Source: Bacillota bacterium
GTDB taxonomy: Bacteria; Bacillota; Clostridia; Christensenellales; SZUA-584
DNA: 64,000 nt
Direction of reading: 5' to 3'
NCBI GenBank assembly: GCA_023461435.1
Contig: JAEYLC010000007.1
Span: forward strand, 1,127 to 65,126
The position numbers and the translations under genes are program-made. Of the stretch, positions 26,763 through 36,656 are shown in pieces. The notes under the pieces were generated by a model. It was not told where the DNA came from, ran no database searches, and saw only the letters and a program-made list of their open reading frames with translations. Position 1 is the stretch's first letter; every line of letters begins with the position of its first letter.

Positions 26763-28556
26763 TTGAAACAGCTGACCAGTAATGAGCTTCGGCAGATGTA
26801 TTTGGATTTTTTCGCGTCGAAGGGGCATAAAATCATCCCTTCCGCGTCACTCATACCCGAAAACGACCCCACCGTGCTGTTCACCACGGCAGGCATGCAC
26901 CCGCTCGTGCCATATCTGCTCGGCGCGAAGCACCCCGAGGGCAAGCGCTTAACCGACGTGCAAAAATGCGTGCGCACCGGCGATATCGACGAAGTGGGCG
27001 ACGCGTCTCACTGCACGTTCTTTGAAATGCTCGGCAACTGGTCTCTCGGGGATTATTTCAAAAAAGAAGCGATCAGCTACAGCTTTGAATTTTTAACCTC
27101 CGAGAAATGGCTCGGCATCGATAAGGACAGGCTCTACTTCACGTGCTTCGCGGGTGATGAGGACGCGCCAAAGGACACCGAATCCGCCGATATCTGGATG
27201 AGCCTCGGCGTGGAAGCCAGCCACATCTTCTTTCTTGACAAAAAGCACAACTGGTGGGGCCCCGCCGGCGTGACCGGCCCGTGCGGCCCGGATACCGAGA
27301 TGTTCATCGATACAGGGCTGCCCGCGTGCTCGCCCGATTGCAGCCCCGCTTGCTCGTGCGGCAAATACCTCGAGATCTGGAACGACGTGTTCATGCAGTA
27401 CAACAAAACGGCGGAAGGCACATTCGAGCCGCTCTCGCAGAAAAACGTGGACACAGGCATGGGGCTCGACCGCACAATCGCCACACTGCAGGGCAAAAAG
27501 AGCGTGTACGACACCGACGCGTTCACGGGCATACTCGCCAAAATCGCCGAGCTCTCGGGCAAGAATTATAATGACGATCCCGAGACCACGCGCGCTTTTC
27601 GCATCATCGCGGACCATGTGCGCTGCGCCACGTTCATCATGGGCGACCAGCGCGGCGTGACGCCTTCCAATGTGGATCAGGGCTATGTTCTGCGCCGTCT
27701 GATCCGCCGCGCCGTGCGCTACGCGCTGCGGCTCGGTATCGAGCGCATGTCGCTGCAACTTGTCGCAGAGGCTGTGATTAATCAGTATAAAGGCGTTTAT
27801 CCGGAGCTCGGCCAGAACCAGAGCCGCATCATCAGCGAGCTCAACCTCGAGGAGGAACGGTTCTCTCGCACAATCACGCAAGGGCTCAAGGAATTCGAAA
27901 AGCTCGAGGCGCGGCTTGACGGCAAGGTGATCTCGGGGCAGGACGCGTTCCATCTATACGACACATTCGGGTTCCCGCTTGAGTTCACGCTTGAGCTCGC
28001 GCATGAGCACGGTCTTGAGGTGGATCAGAAGGGCTTCGAAGCCGCGTTCCAGAAGCATCAGGAGATTTCGGGCGCGGGTGCAGAGCAACGCTTCAAGGGC
28101 GGCCTTGCCGATACGGGCGAAGCCACCGCGCGTCTGCACACCGCGACACACCTCATGCACGCGGCATTGATGAAGGTGCTCGGCGCCGAGGTGGATCAGC
28201 GCGGCAGCAACATCACGGCGGACCGTCTGCGTTTCGATTTCGCGTTCTCACGTAAGGTGGAACCGGATGAGCTTAAAGAGGTGGAGCGCCTTGTGAATGA
28301 AGCGATTGAGAAGAAGATGCCGGTGATCTGCGAGGAGATGAGCGTCGCCGACGCCAAGAGTCAGGGCGCAATCGGCATATTCGATGCCAAATACGGCAGC
28401 ATCGTGAAGGTGTATTCCGCGGGCGACTTCTCCAAGGAAATCTGCGGCGGCCCGCACGCCACCAACACAGGCGAACTTGGCCGGTTTGAGATACAGAAGG
28501 AGCAGTCGAGCTCGGCGGGTGTGCGCCGCATCAAGGCTGTGCTGATCAGCGAATAG
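26763..28556 (+). CDS. alaS: alanine--tRNA ligase, short form (catalytic plus editing domains, no C-Ala domain)
   Basis: TTG start 8 nt after AGGAG. Motifs DPTVLFTTAGM, FFEMLGNWSLGDYFK and WNDVFMQYN. Editing motifs HTATHLMH and CGGPH. The protein ends at 597 aa, right after the editing core. Confidence 0.85.
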   Translation: MKQLTSNELRQMYLDFFASKGHKIIPSASLIPENDPTVLFTTAGMHPLVPYLLGAKHPEGKRLTDVQKCVRTGDIDEVGDASHCTFFEMLGNWSLGDYFKKEAISYSFEFLTSEKWLGIDKDRLYFTCFAGDEDAPKDTESADIWMSLGVEASHIFFLDKKHNWWGPAGVTGPCGPDTEMFIDTGLPACSPDCSPACSCGKYLEIWNDVFMQYNKTAEGTFEPLSQKNVDTGMGLDRTIATLQGKKSVYDTDAFTGILAKIAELSGKNYNDDPETTRAFRIIADHVRCATFIMGDQRGVTPSNVDQGYVLRRLIRRAVRYALRLGIERMSLQLVAEAVINQYKGVYPELGQNQSRIISELNLEEERFSRTITQGLKEFEKLEARLDGKVISGQDAFHLYDTFGFPLEFTLELAHEHGLEVDQKGFEAAFQKHQEISGAGAEQRFKGGLADTGEATARLHTATHLMHAALMKVLGAEVDQRGSNITADRLRFDFAFSRKVEPDELKEVERLVNEAIEKKMPVICEEMSVADAKSQGAIGIFDAKYGSIVKVYSAGDFSKEICGGPHATNTGELGRFEIQKEQSSSAGVRRIKAVLISE

Positions 28557-28573
28557 AATATATTGGTTACTTG

Positions 28574-28598
28574 AAGCGGGCTTGATGCCCGCTTTTTT
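28574..28598 (+). terminator. intrinsic terminator after alaS
   Basis: AAGCGGGC/GCCCGCTT stem followed by TTTTT. Confidence 0.8.
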
Positions 28599-28719
28599 AC
28601 ATTTCTGTTGCAAATCCGATGATTTTCGTTACGAAAATTTGTATTATTTCCCTCGCTCGGAACTTCCTCCAAAAAGCGTTCGTCTTTGGTGTGTAAAAAC
28701 GAAACAGGAGGACCCCCTC

Positions 28720-30378
28720 ATGAAAACGATCAAAAAAACTGTTGTGATATTGCTGGCTGCAATCATCACATTCGGCGCCTTGGCAGGCTGCGCGGCGCCC
28801 GCCGCTCCCGCCGCATCCGAATCGGCCTCCGCCCCATCTTCTCCCGCCGCGTCGGCGGATGCCGGTCAGGCTTATCCGTCCGAAGCGCCCGCGGCCTGTG
28901 CGGAGGAATCCGCCGCTTACAACGGCTCCTATGACAGAGAACCCTTTCAAAACACCACAAGCTACGGCACCGAGGAATACGGCAGCTTTGCCGAAAGCCC
29001 GTTTTATTCCCCGCTCAAGGACCCCTTGAGCACCTTCTCGATTGACGTGGATACCGCGTCGTACAGCCAGATACGGCAGTACTTAAACGAGGGCGCGCTG
29101 CCGCCCGCCGACGCCGTGCGCGTTGAGGAATGCATCAACTACTTTTCTTACAACTATGAAGCGCCTTATGGCACTGAGCCCGTCAACGTTGGCGTCACCA
29201 TCAGCAGCTGTCCGTGGAACGGGAACCATTACCTCGCGCGCGTCTCGCTCAAGGCGGATGAGCTCGATATGAGCGAGGCGCCCGACAGCAATCTCGTATT
29301 TCTGCTCGATGTCTCTGGCTCCATGGACGACCCCAAAAAGCTGCCGCTCGTCAAATCCGCCATGAGCATGCTGGCCGACAATCTGAGTGAAAACGACCGC
29401 GTCTCCATCGTCGTCTACGCGGGTGCGTCGGGCGTCGGGCTCGATGGCTGCCGCGGCAACGACGGCTGGACGATCAACAACGCGCTTGGCTGCCTCTCCG
29501 CGGGCGGTTCCACAGCGGGCGGCGAAGGCATTGAACTCGCGTACGCGCTCGCCGCGAAGAACTATATCAACGGCGGCAACAACCGCGTGATACTCTGCAC
29601 CGACGGCGACTTCAACGTGGGCCCTTCGTCCGATGAGGAGCTCGAGACGCTGATCGAAAACAAACGCGACAGCGGCATCTATTTGAGCGTGCTCGGCTTC
29701 GGCACGGGCAACACGAAAGACAACCACATGGAGACGCTCGCCGACAAGGGCAACGGCAACTACGCGTATATCGATTCGCTGATGGAAGCGAAAAAGGTGC
29801 TCGTCAACGAAGCGAGCTCCACGCTGTTCACGGTCGCCAAGGACGTGAAGGTGCAGGTGGAGTTTAACCCGGACGCGGTCAGAGAATACCGGCTCGTCGG
29901 GTACGACAACCGGCTGCTGGAGGCGCAGGATTTCAACAACGACCAAAAGGACGCGGGCGAGATGGGTGCCGGGCACTGCGTCACCGCGTTCTATGAGCTT
30001 GTGCTCGTGGATTCGACAGAAACGTGGAACAGCGTTGACCCGCTTGTGTTTCAGGACAACGAGAAGCCCGAGACCAAGCAGCCCGCAAGAGACTGGCTGT
30101 ATGTCAAGTTCCGCTACAAGCAGCCGGAAAGCGATAAGAGCGAGCTCTTAACGACAATGGCGGGAATCGACAACTATACCGACGCGCCCGACAGCGATTT
30201 CGTGTTCGCGTCGGCGGTCGCGGAATTCGCGCTCGTGCTCAAAGGCTCGGAGTACCGGGGCGGCGCGAGCCTCACAAGCGCGGTTCAGCGCGCCAAGGCG
30301 GCGCGCGGCACGGATGAGGACGGCTACCGTGCTCAGTTCATACAGCTCGCCGAGCTCGCCAGTACGTTCTACAGATAA
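28720..30378 (+). CDS. von Willebrand factor A domain lipoprotein (YfbK-like)
   Basis: ATG 28720 follows AGGAGG. Lipobox LAGC. MIDAS motif LLDVSGSM. Long C-terminal domain. The listed start 28582 adds an implausible leader. Confidence 0.85.
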   Translation: MKTIKKTVVILLAAIITFGALAGCAAPAAPAASESASAPSSPAASADAGQAYPSEAPAACAEESAAYNGSYDREPFQNTTSYGTEEYGSFAESPFYSPLKDPLSTFSIDVDTASYSQIRQYLNEGALPPADAVRVEECINYFSYNYEAPYGTEPVNVGVTISSCPWNGNHYLARVSLKADELDMSEAPDSNLVFLLDVSGSMDDPKKLPLVKSAMSMLADNLSENDRVSIVVYAGASGVGLDGCRGNDGWTINNALGCLSAGGSTAGGEGIELAYALAAKNYINGGNNRVILCTDGDFNVGPSSDEELETLIENKRDSGIYLSVLGFGTGNTKDNHMETLADKGNGNYAYIDSLMEAKKVLVNEASSTLFTVAKDVKVQVEFNPDAVREYRLVGYDNRLLEAQDFNNDQKDAGEMGAGHCVTAFYELVLVDSTETWNSVDPLVFQDNEKPETKQPARDWLYVKFRYKQPESDKSELLTTMAGIDNYTDAPDSDFVFASAVAEFALVLKGSEYRGGASLTSAVQRAKAARGTDEDGYRAQFIQLAELASTFYR

Positions 30379-30412
30379 AAATGCTTATTCCATAGGCCCC
30401 GATCCCCATCAA

Positions 30413-30445
30413 AAGGCAGGGAGGCAATCGCTTCCCTGCCTTTTA
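30413..30445 (+). terminator. intrinsic terminator after the VWA gene
   Basis: AGGCAGGGA..TCCCTGCCT stem followed by TTTT. Confidence 0.75.
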
Positions 30446-30609
30446 TAAATCTTTTGTCGCTTCACTTCTCACTACGCAATGGAGTAGATAGGAAATAATT
30501 GCGTTCACTACAAATCGCATAAGAGTGTAGACTGCGCCTTTGCCCCGAATGAAATATACACTTTTCAGATTCTTCAACCGCTCGCGGTTTCAGAACAACA
30601 ACGGATGCA

Positions 30610-31383
30610 TCAGTACGGATTCATGAACTCCTGCGTCCAGTAGAGCGTGCCGCTCGCCGTCTTCGCGACGCCGATGCCGATGGTCGTGTAAGCCTCCGAA
30701 AGTATATTGGCCCTGTGCCCCGCCGAATTCATCCACGAATTCATCACCTCGGCGGCCGTCTTCTGCCCGTACGCGATGTTCTCGCCCGCCGCGCTGAACT
30801 TGAAACCGAATTTCTGCATCATGTCAAACGGTGACCCATATGTGGGCGACGTGTGTGAGAAATACTTCTTGTCGATCATGTCCTGGCTCTTGATGCGCGC
30901 CACACGCGACAACTCAGAATTGAGCTTTAGCAATGCCAATCCGCGCGACGCACGCTCCTTGTTGACCAGCTCAAACACCTGCTGCTCGTGGCTGCTAAGC
31001 GACTGCGTATCAGGGATCATAACGATCTGCCCCACATAGATCATGCCCGTGTTGGTGATCTGGGGATTCGCCTTTTTGAGCTCGTCCACGCTGATTTCGT
31101 ATTTCTTCGCAATGCCCCAGAACGTATCGCCACTCTTCACCGTGTAATTCACAAACTTGGTGGTGGGTATCGTGATCGCCTGGCCCACATAGATCAGCGA
31201 CGCATTTTTGATGGACGGATTGGCCGCGAGCAGATCGTTGACTGTGATATTATTCGCTTTGGCAATCTTGGAAAGCGTATCGCCCGATTTGACCGTGTAC
31301 GTGTAGGCTGCGAGCGTCAGCGTCGCCGTCAGCATGCACAGCACGAGTGTGAACAGCACAACTTTCCTCAGTATTTTCTTCAT
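30610..31383 (-). CDS. secreted protein with 2 LysM repeats and a CAP/SCP (YkwD-like) domain
   Basis: Signal peptide, two YTVKSGDT..I(A)K LysM repeats, and the C-terminal motifs GENIAYG and GHRANIL. ATG 31383 follows AAGGGAG. Confidence 0.85.
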   Translation of the reverse strand: MKKILRKVVLFTLVLCMLTATLTLAAYTYTVKSGDTLSKIAKANNITVNDLLAANPSIKNASLIYVGQAITIPTTKFVNYTVKSGDTFWGIAKKYEISVDELKKANPQITNTGMIYVGQIVMIPDTQSLSSHEQQVFELVNKERASRGLALLKLNSELSRVARIKSQDMIDKKYFSHTSPTYGSPFDMMQKFGFKFSAAGENIAYGQKTAAEVMNSWMNSAGHRANILSEAYTTIGIGVAKTASGTLYWTQEFMNPY

Positions 31384-31511
31384 TTTTCTTGCTCCCTTCA
31401 ATCGGTAAAACCGCTGCTTTTTACGCCTATTTTGCGCCCAAATGCGCGCAAATATTTACAGACCTGCTGTGACGTGCTAAGCTTTGGATAAATATTCGGG
31501 AGTTTAAGAAA

Positions 31512-32213
31512 ATGCCGGTTTATATGACGTTCAAAGAAATGATACGCGGCCAGATCGAAAGCGGCGAGCTCGCGCCGGGCGACAAGCTGCCGTCCGAAAG
31601 AGACCTTGCGGCCGCCCACGGCCTTGCGCGCATGACGGTGCGTCAGGCGCTCACTGAGCTTGTTACGGCGGGTCTGCTTTACCGTGAGCAGGGACGAGGC
31701 ACATTTGTATCCGCGCCGAGAATGCAGCAGCACAATATCTCGAGCTTTACGGAAACCGTGCGATTAAGAGGCTTGACGCCTGAAACAAAGGTCAGCGAGT
31801 TCTGCGTCTGCGAGGCGCCCGCAGCGGTGGCGGGTTTGCTCGACTGCAAGGGAGAGGTGTACCGCGCCGTACGCATCCGTCTGGCCGACGGCACGCCTGT
31901 GGCGGTGGAGGAAATATTTATACCGACGCACATCTGCCCGGGGCTGCGCCGCAACGACCTTTTGGGCTCGCTCTACAGCCTCATCACGGACACTTACGGC
32001 CATAAAATCGCGAGCGCGGACAGCTCGATGACGGCTGATCTGCCGGGACCGCGGCTTCAGGAGGACTTAGGCATCACGCGCCAGATGCCGGTACTCAAGG
32101 TGAACAGCCTATACTTTGCGGCCAGCGGCGTCACGCTGTATTACGAGCGTGCGGCATACCGCACGGATATGTACGAATACAACATCCGCATATCAAAGCA
32201 AGGCGGCGTATGA
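31512..32213 (+). CDS. GntR/HutC-family transcriptional regulator
   Basis: wHTH (LPSERDLAAAHGLARMTVRQAL) plus a UTRA-like C-terminal domain. Confidence 0.88.
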   Translation: MPVYMTFKEMIRGQIESGELAPGDKLPSERDLAAAHGLARMTVRQALTELVTAGLLYREQGRGTFVSAPRMQQHNISSFTETVRLRGLTPETKVSEFCVCEAPAAVAGLLDCKGEVYRAVRIRLADGTPVAVEEIFIPTHICPGLRRNDLLGSLYSLITDTYGHKIASADSSMTADLPGPRLQEDLGITRQMPVLKVNSLYFAASGVTLYYERAAYRTDMYEYNIRISKQGGV

Positions 32214-33191
32214 TTATGCTGCCGACAGCAGCAGCATAAATGCGGGAATGGTGATCAATGAAAGTGCCGTGGTGTAAAAAATGCATTTGGTCGCGAACTC
32301 GGTATCCGCGCCGTAAACCTCCGCGGATATCACTGTCTGCATCAGCGCAGGCAGTCCGATCTGCACAACAAATACTTCTCTCATAAAAATATGTTCAGCC
32401 GTCAGCGTGGGCGTAAACAGCAATACCCCCAATGTTGAGAGTACAAAGCATACCAGCGGCACCACCACAAACCGGCCCAGAAGCACAGGCGCCAGATCCT
32501 TTTCCCACTTCATTCCGGCAAACCCCATGTTGTAAATCATGCAGCCGATGAATATGAGCGAAAGCGGCGTGTTTAAATCACCGATGTATTTCGCAGTGGA
32601 CAATATAAAATCAGGCAGCTTGATGCCCGCCAGTATAATAATGAAGATGATGACGGTTGCCACTGTGGGCGGCTGCGCCAGCTTTTTTATTGACTGGCCG
32701 ATGCTCTTAAGCTGAGCATGCCCGTTGGCCGCGTCCGCGTCACGTTCGATCGCGTAATTTCCTATCAGCCAAAATGTCACAAGCCCCGCAAGAAAATAAA
32801 GCACCGCGTAAAGCATGCCCTCTTCGCCAAAGAGCGCCACCGCCACCGGAAAGCCGATAAAACTTGAGTTCGAAAACGCCATCGACACAATAAAAACGCC
32901 GCGTCTGTGCCGCGGAATGCGCAGCAGCCAGGCAGCGAGCATCGCAAGATAATAAACAGCCACCGTCACCGCGAATATGATCAACAACGGCAGCCAGGCG
33001 TTAATCAGCCGTTCCTTCGGAAAATCCTGATATATGTTGTAGGCAATCGTCGCCGGCAGTGATATGTTGATGATAATTTTTGGAAGAGCCTTCGCGGTTT
33101 CTCGGGACACCCATTTGCGCCAGGATACGAACAACCCCACGCCGATAATCACGAATATGATAAAGACAGCTTCCAAAGAATTTAATAACAT
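32214..33191 (-). CDS. AEC (auxin efflux carrier / malate permease-like) family transporter
   Basis: 325 aa, ~10 hydrophobic segments, with the overall pattern of AEC transporters. Confidence 0.8.
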   Translation of the reverse strand: MLLNSLEAVFIIFVIIGVGLFVSWRKWVSRETAKALPKIIINISLPATIAYNIYQDFPKERLINAWLPLLIIFAVTVAVYYLAMLAAWLLRIPRHRRGVFIVSMAFSNSSFIGFPVAVALFGEEGMLYAVLYFLAGLVTFWLIGNYAIERDADAANGHAQLKSIGQSIKKLAQPPTVATVIIFIIILAGIKLPDFILSTAKYIGDLNTPLSLIFIGCMIYNMGFAGMKWEKDLAPVLLGRFVVVPLVCFVLSTLGVLLFTPTLTAEHIFMREVFVVQIGLPALMQTVISAEVYGADTEFATKCIFYTTALSLITIPAFMLLLSAA

Positions 33192-33200
33192 CCCATGCCC

Positions 33201-34508
33201 TTAACCGCAAAATGCACTGTAAATGGCGCGGATCGCTTTTTCGAAGTCCTTCTCATCCACACCCACGATGATATTGATCTCGCTTGAGCCCTGATCGATC
33301 ATGCGGATATTGATACTGTGCTCGGCAAGCGCCGTAAACAAGCGGCCCGCCACGCCGATCTTGCTGATCATGCCGCGGCCCACCGTGGCGATCAGCGCGA
33401 GGCCGTGAAACACCTCGAGCGAATCCGGCTCGCAAAGGTTGTACACATCGTCGAGCAACTGCGGCTGTTTGCCCTCTATTTCGCTGTTGGCCAGCACCAC
33501 GCCCAGCGTGTCAATACCCGAAGGCATGTGCTCAAACCGCATGTTGTTCTTTTCCAGCGCCGTGAGCATACGGCGGCCAAAGCCAAGCTCGGCATTCATA
33601 TTGGCTTTTTCAACGGCGATAACCGAAAAGCCCTTTTTACCCGCGATTCCCGTGATGGTGTCCGTGTCGCCGTCGTCCACATTCGGCACGATCATCGTTC
33701 CCGGGTCCTCCGGATTGTTGGTGTTTTTGATGTTGATCGGAATATTGGCTTTGAACACCGGGAAAATCGCGTCCTCATGCAGCACGGTCGCGCCCATGTA
33801 GGAAAGCTCTCTGAGCTCGCGGTATGTGATTTTCGTAATCACCTTCGGATTTTCCACGATGCGCGGGTCGGCCATCAGCACGCCTGATACGTCCGTCCAG
33901 TTTTCATATACATCCGCCCGGGCAGACCTCGCCACGATCGCGCCCGTGATATCCGAGCCGCCGCGTGAAAACGTCTTGATCCGGCCGTCCGGCATGCTGC
34001 CGTAAAACCCCGGTATCACAGCCTGTTTGGTATGCCGCAGCCGTCCGCGCATCACCGTGCGGGTTTTTTCCGACTCATACACGCCGTCCGCATTGAAAAA
34101 GATGGCCTCGGCGGGATCGATAAAATCAAAGCCCAGATAGTCGGCCATTAAAATGCCGTTCAGGTATTCGCCGCGGCTGACCGTATAATCCACACCCGCG
34201 TTGTTTTTGATGTTCCGATAAATCGTATCGAGCTCAGCTTCGATGTCCGTCTTCAGCTCCAGATCGTCGCGAAGCGAAACGAACCGCTCCCGTAAATCTT
34301 CAAAAATCGCATCCCCGTCGCCGCCGTCAGAGACGGCCGCGTGATACGCATACAAAAGATCCGTCACCTTTGTGTCGCCCGAACTGCGCTTCCCCGGCGC
34401 CGACGGCACGATAAAAACACGCTGAGGGTCCGCTTCTATGATCTTTCTGACCTTCTTAAACTGGCCGGCGTCCGCAAGCGAACTGCCGCCAAATTTGCAT
34501 ACCTTCAT
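33201..34508 (-). CDS. aspartate kinase
   Basis: MKVCKFGGSSLA amino-acid-kinase N-terminus and C-terminal ACT-like repeats. ATG 34508 lies 3 nt after the upstream gene's stop. Confidence 0.9.
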   Translation of the reverse strand: MKVCKFGGSSLADAGQFKKVRKIIEADPQRVFIVPSAPGKRSSGDTKVTDLLYAYHAAVSDGGDGDAIFEDLRERFVSLRDDLELKTDIEAELDTIYRNIKNNAGVDYTVSRGEYLNGILMADYLGFDFIDPAEAIFFNADGVYESEKTRTVMRGRLRHTKQAVIPGFYGSMPDGRIKTFSRGGSDITGAIVARSARADVYENWTDVSGVLMADPRIVENPKVITKITYRELRELSYMGATVLHEDAIFPVFKANIPINIKNTNNPEDPGTMIVPNVDDGDTDTITGIAGKKGFSVIAVEKANMNAELGFGRRMLTALEKNNMRFEHMPSGIDTLGVVLANSEIEGKQPQLLDDVYNLCEPDSLEVFHGLALIATVGRGMISKIGVAGRLFTALAEHSINIRMIDQGSSEINIIVGVDEKDFEKAIRAIYSAFCG

Positions 34509-34511
34509 CAA

Positions 34512-36005
34512 TCAGTCCCGCTTTCGTCCAAATAATCCGCGGCGCGGCTTGCGAGAGGCACGCAGTTCCTGCTCATCTTCATCAAGCTCCTGCTCGTCTT
34601 CATCAAGCTCCAGTTCGTCGACCGGCTCATCCGCCATCTCTTCGGACTCCGCATCCGGCATTTCGGTCGTCACCGGCTGCTCATCCTCTTCCTCAGGCTC
34701 ATCCTCAGCCTCCACAAGCAGGCGGCATTCGAAGTAATAGCGTTTTTCTTCCGCCAATCCAAGGGAAAACGATTTTTTGGGCAGTACGCCGTATTGAATG
34801 ACGTTTTCGAATATCTCGTCCTTTTGCATGGGCTCCATGAAGAACCCGAGGCACGCATGCGTTTTTGTGTGCTCGTGAAACTCTTCGTCGCCATGTATAT
34901 AATCGACAATGACTCTGGGCATCTCTTCAGCGAGCTGATCCAGCGCCTCGGTCAGCGTCTGGCTCACGAGCGGAGCTTTTGGCTTTTTCACCTCAATATG
35001 CCCTTTTGACATTTTGGATTCAAACAGTATTGTATGCACACCGTCTTTTTTCACGGCGCGCGTCCCGCGCGTATACATCATATGCGCTTCCTGGCCCGAC
35101 CGGTTCAGTATGGACACGAGCGTGCGCAGTGTGCTCGACGCATCGGGCACGTTGAACAGCACACGGTGAATCGGATGGACACTGATGCCGGGGTCATAGA
35201 GATTGACCACCTCGCAAAGCGCATACCGGAGCGGGCTCTGGGCACGCTCCTCGGGGCTCATGGCCGTTTTGCGCTTGTCCCACACGGCTTTGGCCGCCGC
35301 GAGCGAATGGTTGCCGTCGCCCACGGCAAACAGCATGTTTTCCTTGCTCTTCGCCTTGAGCTGGGAGAGCGCGCTTTTGACGCCTTCAAGCACGGCCGCA
35401 TCATCGATAAACCAGCCCTGAACATGGCCGCCGTCCTGCATCAGCGCTGTGCTGTATATCTTGGAAAAATGATCTTTCACCTGATAAACAGGTGCGATCA
35501 CCGTATCCTTGATGTCGTTAAGCAGCAGCATCACGTGCGGGCACTCGAGTATCGCGTCCTCACGCAGGCTCACGCGCACCGGCAGCCTCTCGGTCACCGT
35601 CTTTTCCGTCGCGCGGATCAGCGGCTTTTTGGCTGCGTCGATATCGTACTGCTCCAGGTCAACCGCGAGCATGATGCCCACCCGCGTCCCGTGAGGCGTT
35701 TCGCGTTCCACCAGCATGATGCCTTCCGGCAGGCTGACGAGCACACCGTCCTCGATGTAATCGCGCATTGTCTGCTTCGCATGAGATATTCTGTCGGCGG
35801 CGTCGCCGCTCTTTAAGAACAGCTCGGGCACGATGATATGATATGTGGAAGGGGCACCTCCCACAATCCGCGCTGTCTTTATCCAATAATCCTCGTTAGA
35901 GGTAAATTGATCGCAGGCAATAACCGACCATTTTTGTTTGTTGACCTTCTTGTCTGGAATCAGTATCTGTGGGAATATAACACCCAATTGATCTGCGTAG
36001 TCCAT
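34512..36005 (-). CDS. DUF1015-family protein with an acidic C-terminal tail
   Basis: ATG 36005 follows AGGAGG. Core motifs IACDQFTS and GDGNHSLAAAK (DUF1015 assignment recalled, not searched). The last ~70 aa are Asp/Glu-rich and end in a basic patch. Confidence 0.78.
   Translation of the reverse strand: MDYADQLGVIFPQILIPDKKVNKQKWSVIACDQFTSNEDYWIKTARIVGGAPSTYHIIVPELFLKSGDAADRISHAKQTMRDYIEDGVLVSLPEGIMLVERETPHGTRVGIMLAVDLEQYDIDAAKKPLIRATEKTVTERLPVRVSLREDAILECPHVMLLLNDIKDTVIAPVYQVKDHFSKIYSTALMQDGGHVQGWFIDDAAVLEGVKSALSQLKAKSKENMLFAVGDGNHSLAAAKAVWDKRKTAMSPEERAQSPLRYALCEVVNLYDPGISVHPIHRVLFNVPDASSTLRTLVSILNRSGQEAHMMYTRGTRAVKKDGVHTILFESKMSKGHIEVKKPKAPLVSQTLTEALDQLAEEMPRVIVDYIHGDEEFHEHTKTHACLGFFMEPMQKDEIFENVIQYGVLPKKSFSLGLAEEKRYYFECRLLVEAEDEPEEEDEQPVTTEMPDAESEEMADEPVDELELDEDEQELDEDEQELRASRKPRRGLFGRKRD
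34568..34609 (-). repeat. 2 x 21-nt in-frame tandem repeat encoding ELDEDEQ twice
   Basis: Units 34568-34588 and 34589-34609 are identical at 20 of 21 positions. Confidence 0.9.
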
Positions 36006-36203
36006 CCGGTCCTCCTGTCGTTTAAATAGCATATAGGTCAATATAACACACTTGCAGATCGTATTCAAGAATATGTTGGCTCACTGAATCGGCACTTCAG
36101 GCAGTCCATTTCATGTTTGGCGCCTACCCCAAGCTTTCGTTGTCAAATAATGCCCTTAAGATGTATACTGAAACTGAAGCGTTAAGAAAGGGTGATTTGC
36201 TAT

Positions 36204-36656
36204 ATGATGAAGGTTGACAGAAAAGAAAAAGCGAGAGAGTATTTTCTGCACGGCTACAACTGCGCCCAGTCCGTCGCCGCGGCGTTTGCCGACCTCACGC
36301 GGCTGGATGAGGAGACCGTGCTCAAAATGGCTTCCTCCTTCGGCGGCGGCGTGGGGCATATGAAAGAGGTCTGCGGCGTGATTTCCGGTATGGCGCTCAT
36401 CGCCGGGCTGCTTTACGGCGATATCAACCCGGCGGACAAGGCGACAAGGGATGCCCACTATGAGCGCGTACGGAGCTTCGCGATGAAATTCAAGGACCGG
36501 TTTGGTTCGCTGATCTGCCGCGACCTGCTGGCGTTCAACGAACAAACCCCGGACATTGAGGAACCCTATGCGTCCCGCCCGTGCCTTAAATATGTGGAAA
36601 GCGCCGCAGAGATTTTCGACGGCTGGCTGGAGCAGCAAGGGTCAAACCCGGAATAG
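36204..36656 (+). CDS. C_GCAxxG_C_C family protein
   Basis: YNCAQSV, GGGVGHMKEVCGVISG, CRDLL and RPCLKYV match the cysteine pattern of this family. Confidence 0.75.
   Translation: MMKVDRKEKAREYFLHGYNCAQSVAAAFADLTRLDEETVLKMASSFGGGVGHMKEVCGVISGMALIAGLLYGDINPADKATRDAHYERVRSFAMKFKDRFGSLICRDLLAFNEQTPDIEEPYASRPCLKYVESAAEIFDGWLEQQGSNPE

Noticed and set aside
27093-27953. Long antisense or alternate-frame ORFs inside GC-rich genes. This one lies opposite alaS. Others are 4-951(-), 1480-2343(-), 29083-29976(-), 35034-35816(+), 43340-44260(-), 48506-49327(+), 50213-50920(+), 51140-51808(+), 58365-59048(+) and 59637-60584(+).
   Set aside because: They overlap genes with clear family motifs. They are Arg/Ala/Gly/His-rich in the way expected of shadow frames in GC-rich DNA, and they lack RBSs.
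30459-30472. Shared 10-mer GCTTCACTTC in two orphan spacers (30459-30468 and 38138-38147), suggesting a dispersed repeat family.
   Set aside because: The match does not extend beyond 10 nt. A single 10-nt coincidence between spacers in a 64-kb window is within chance expectation.
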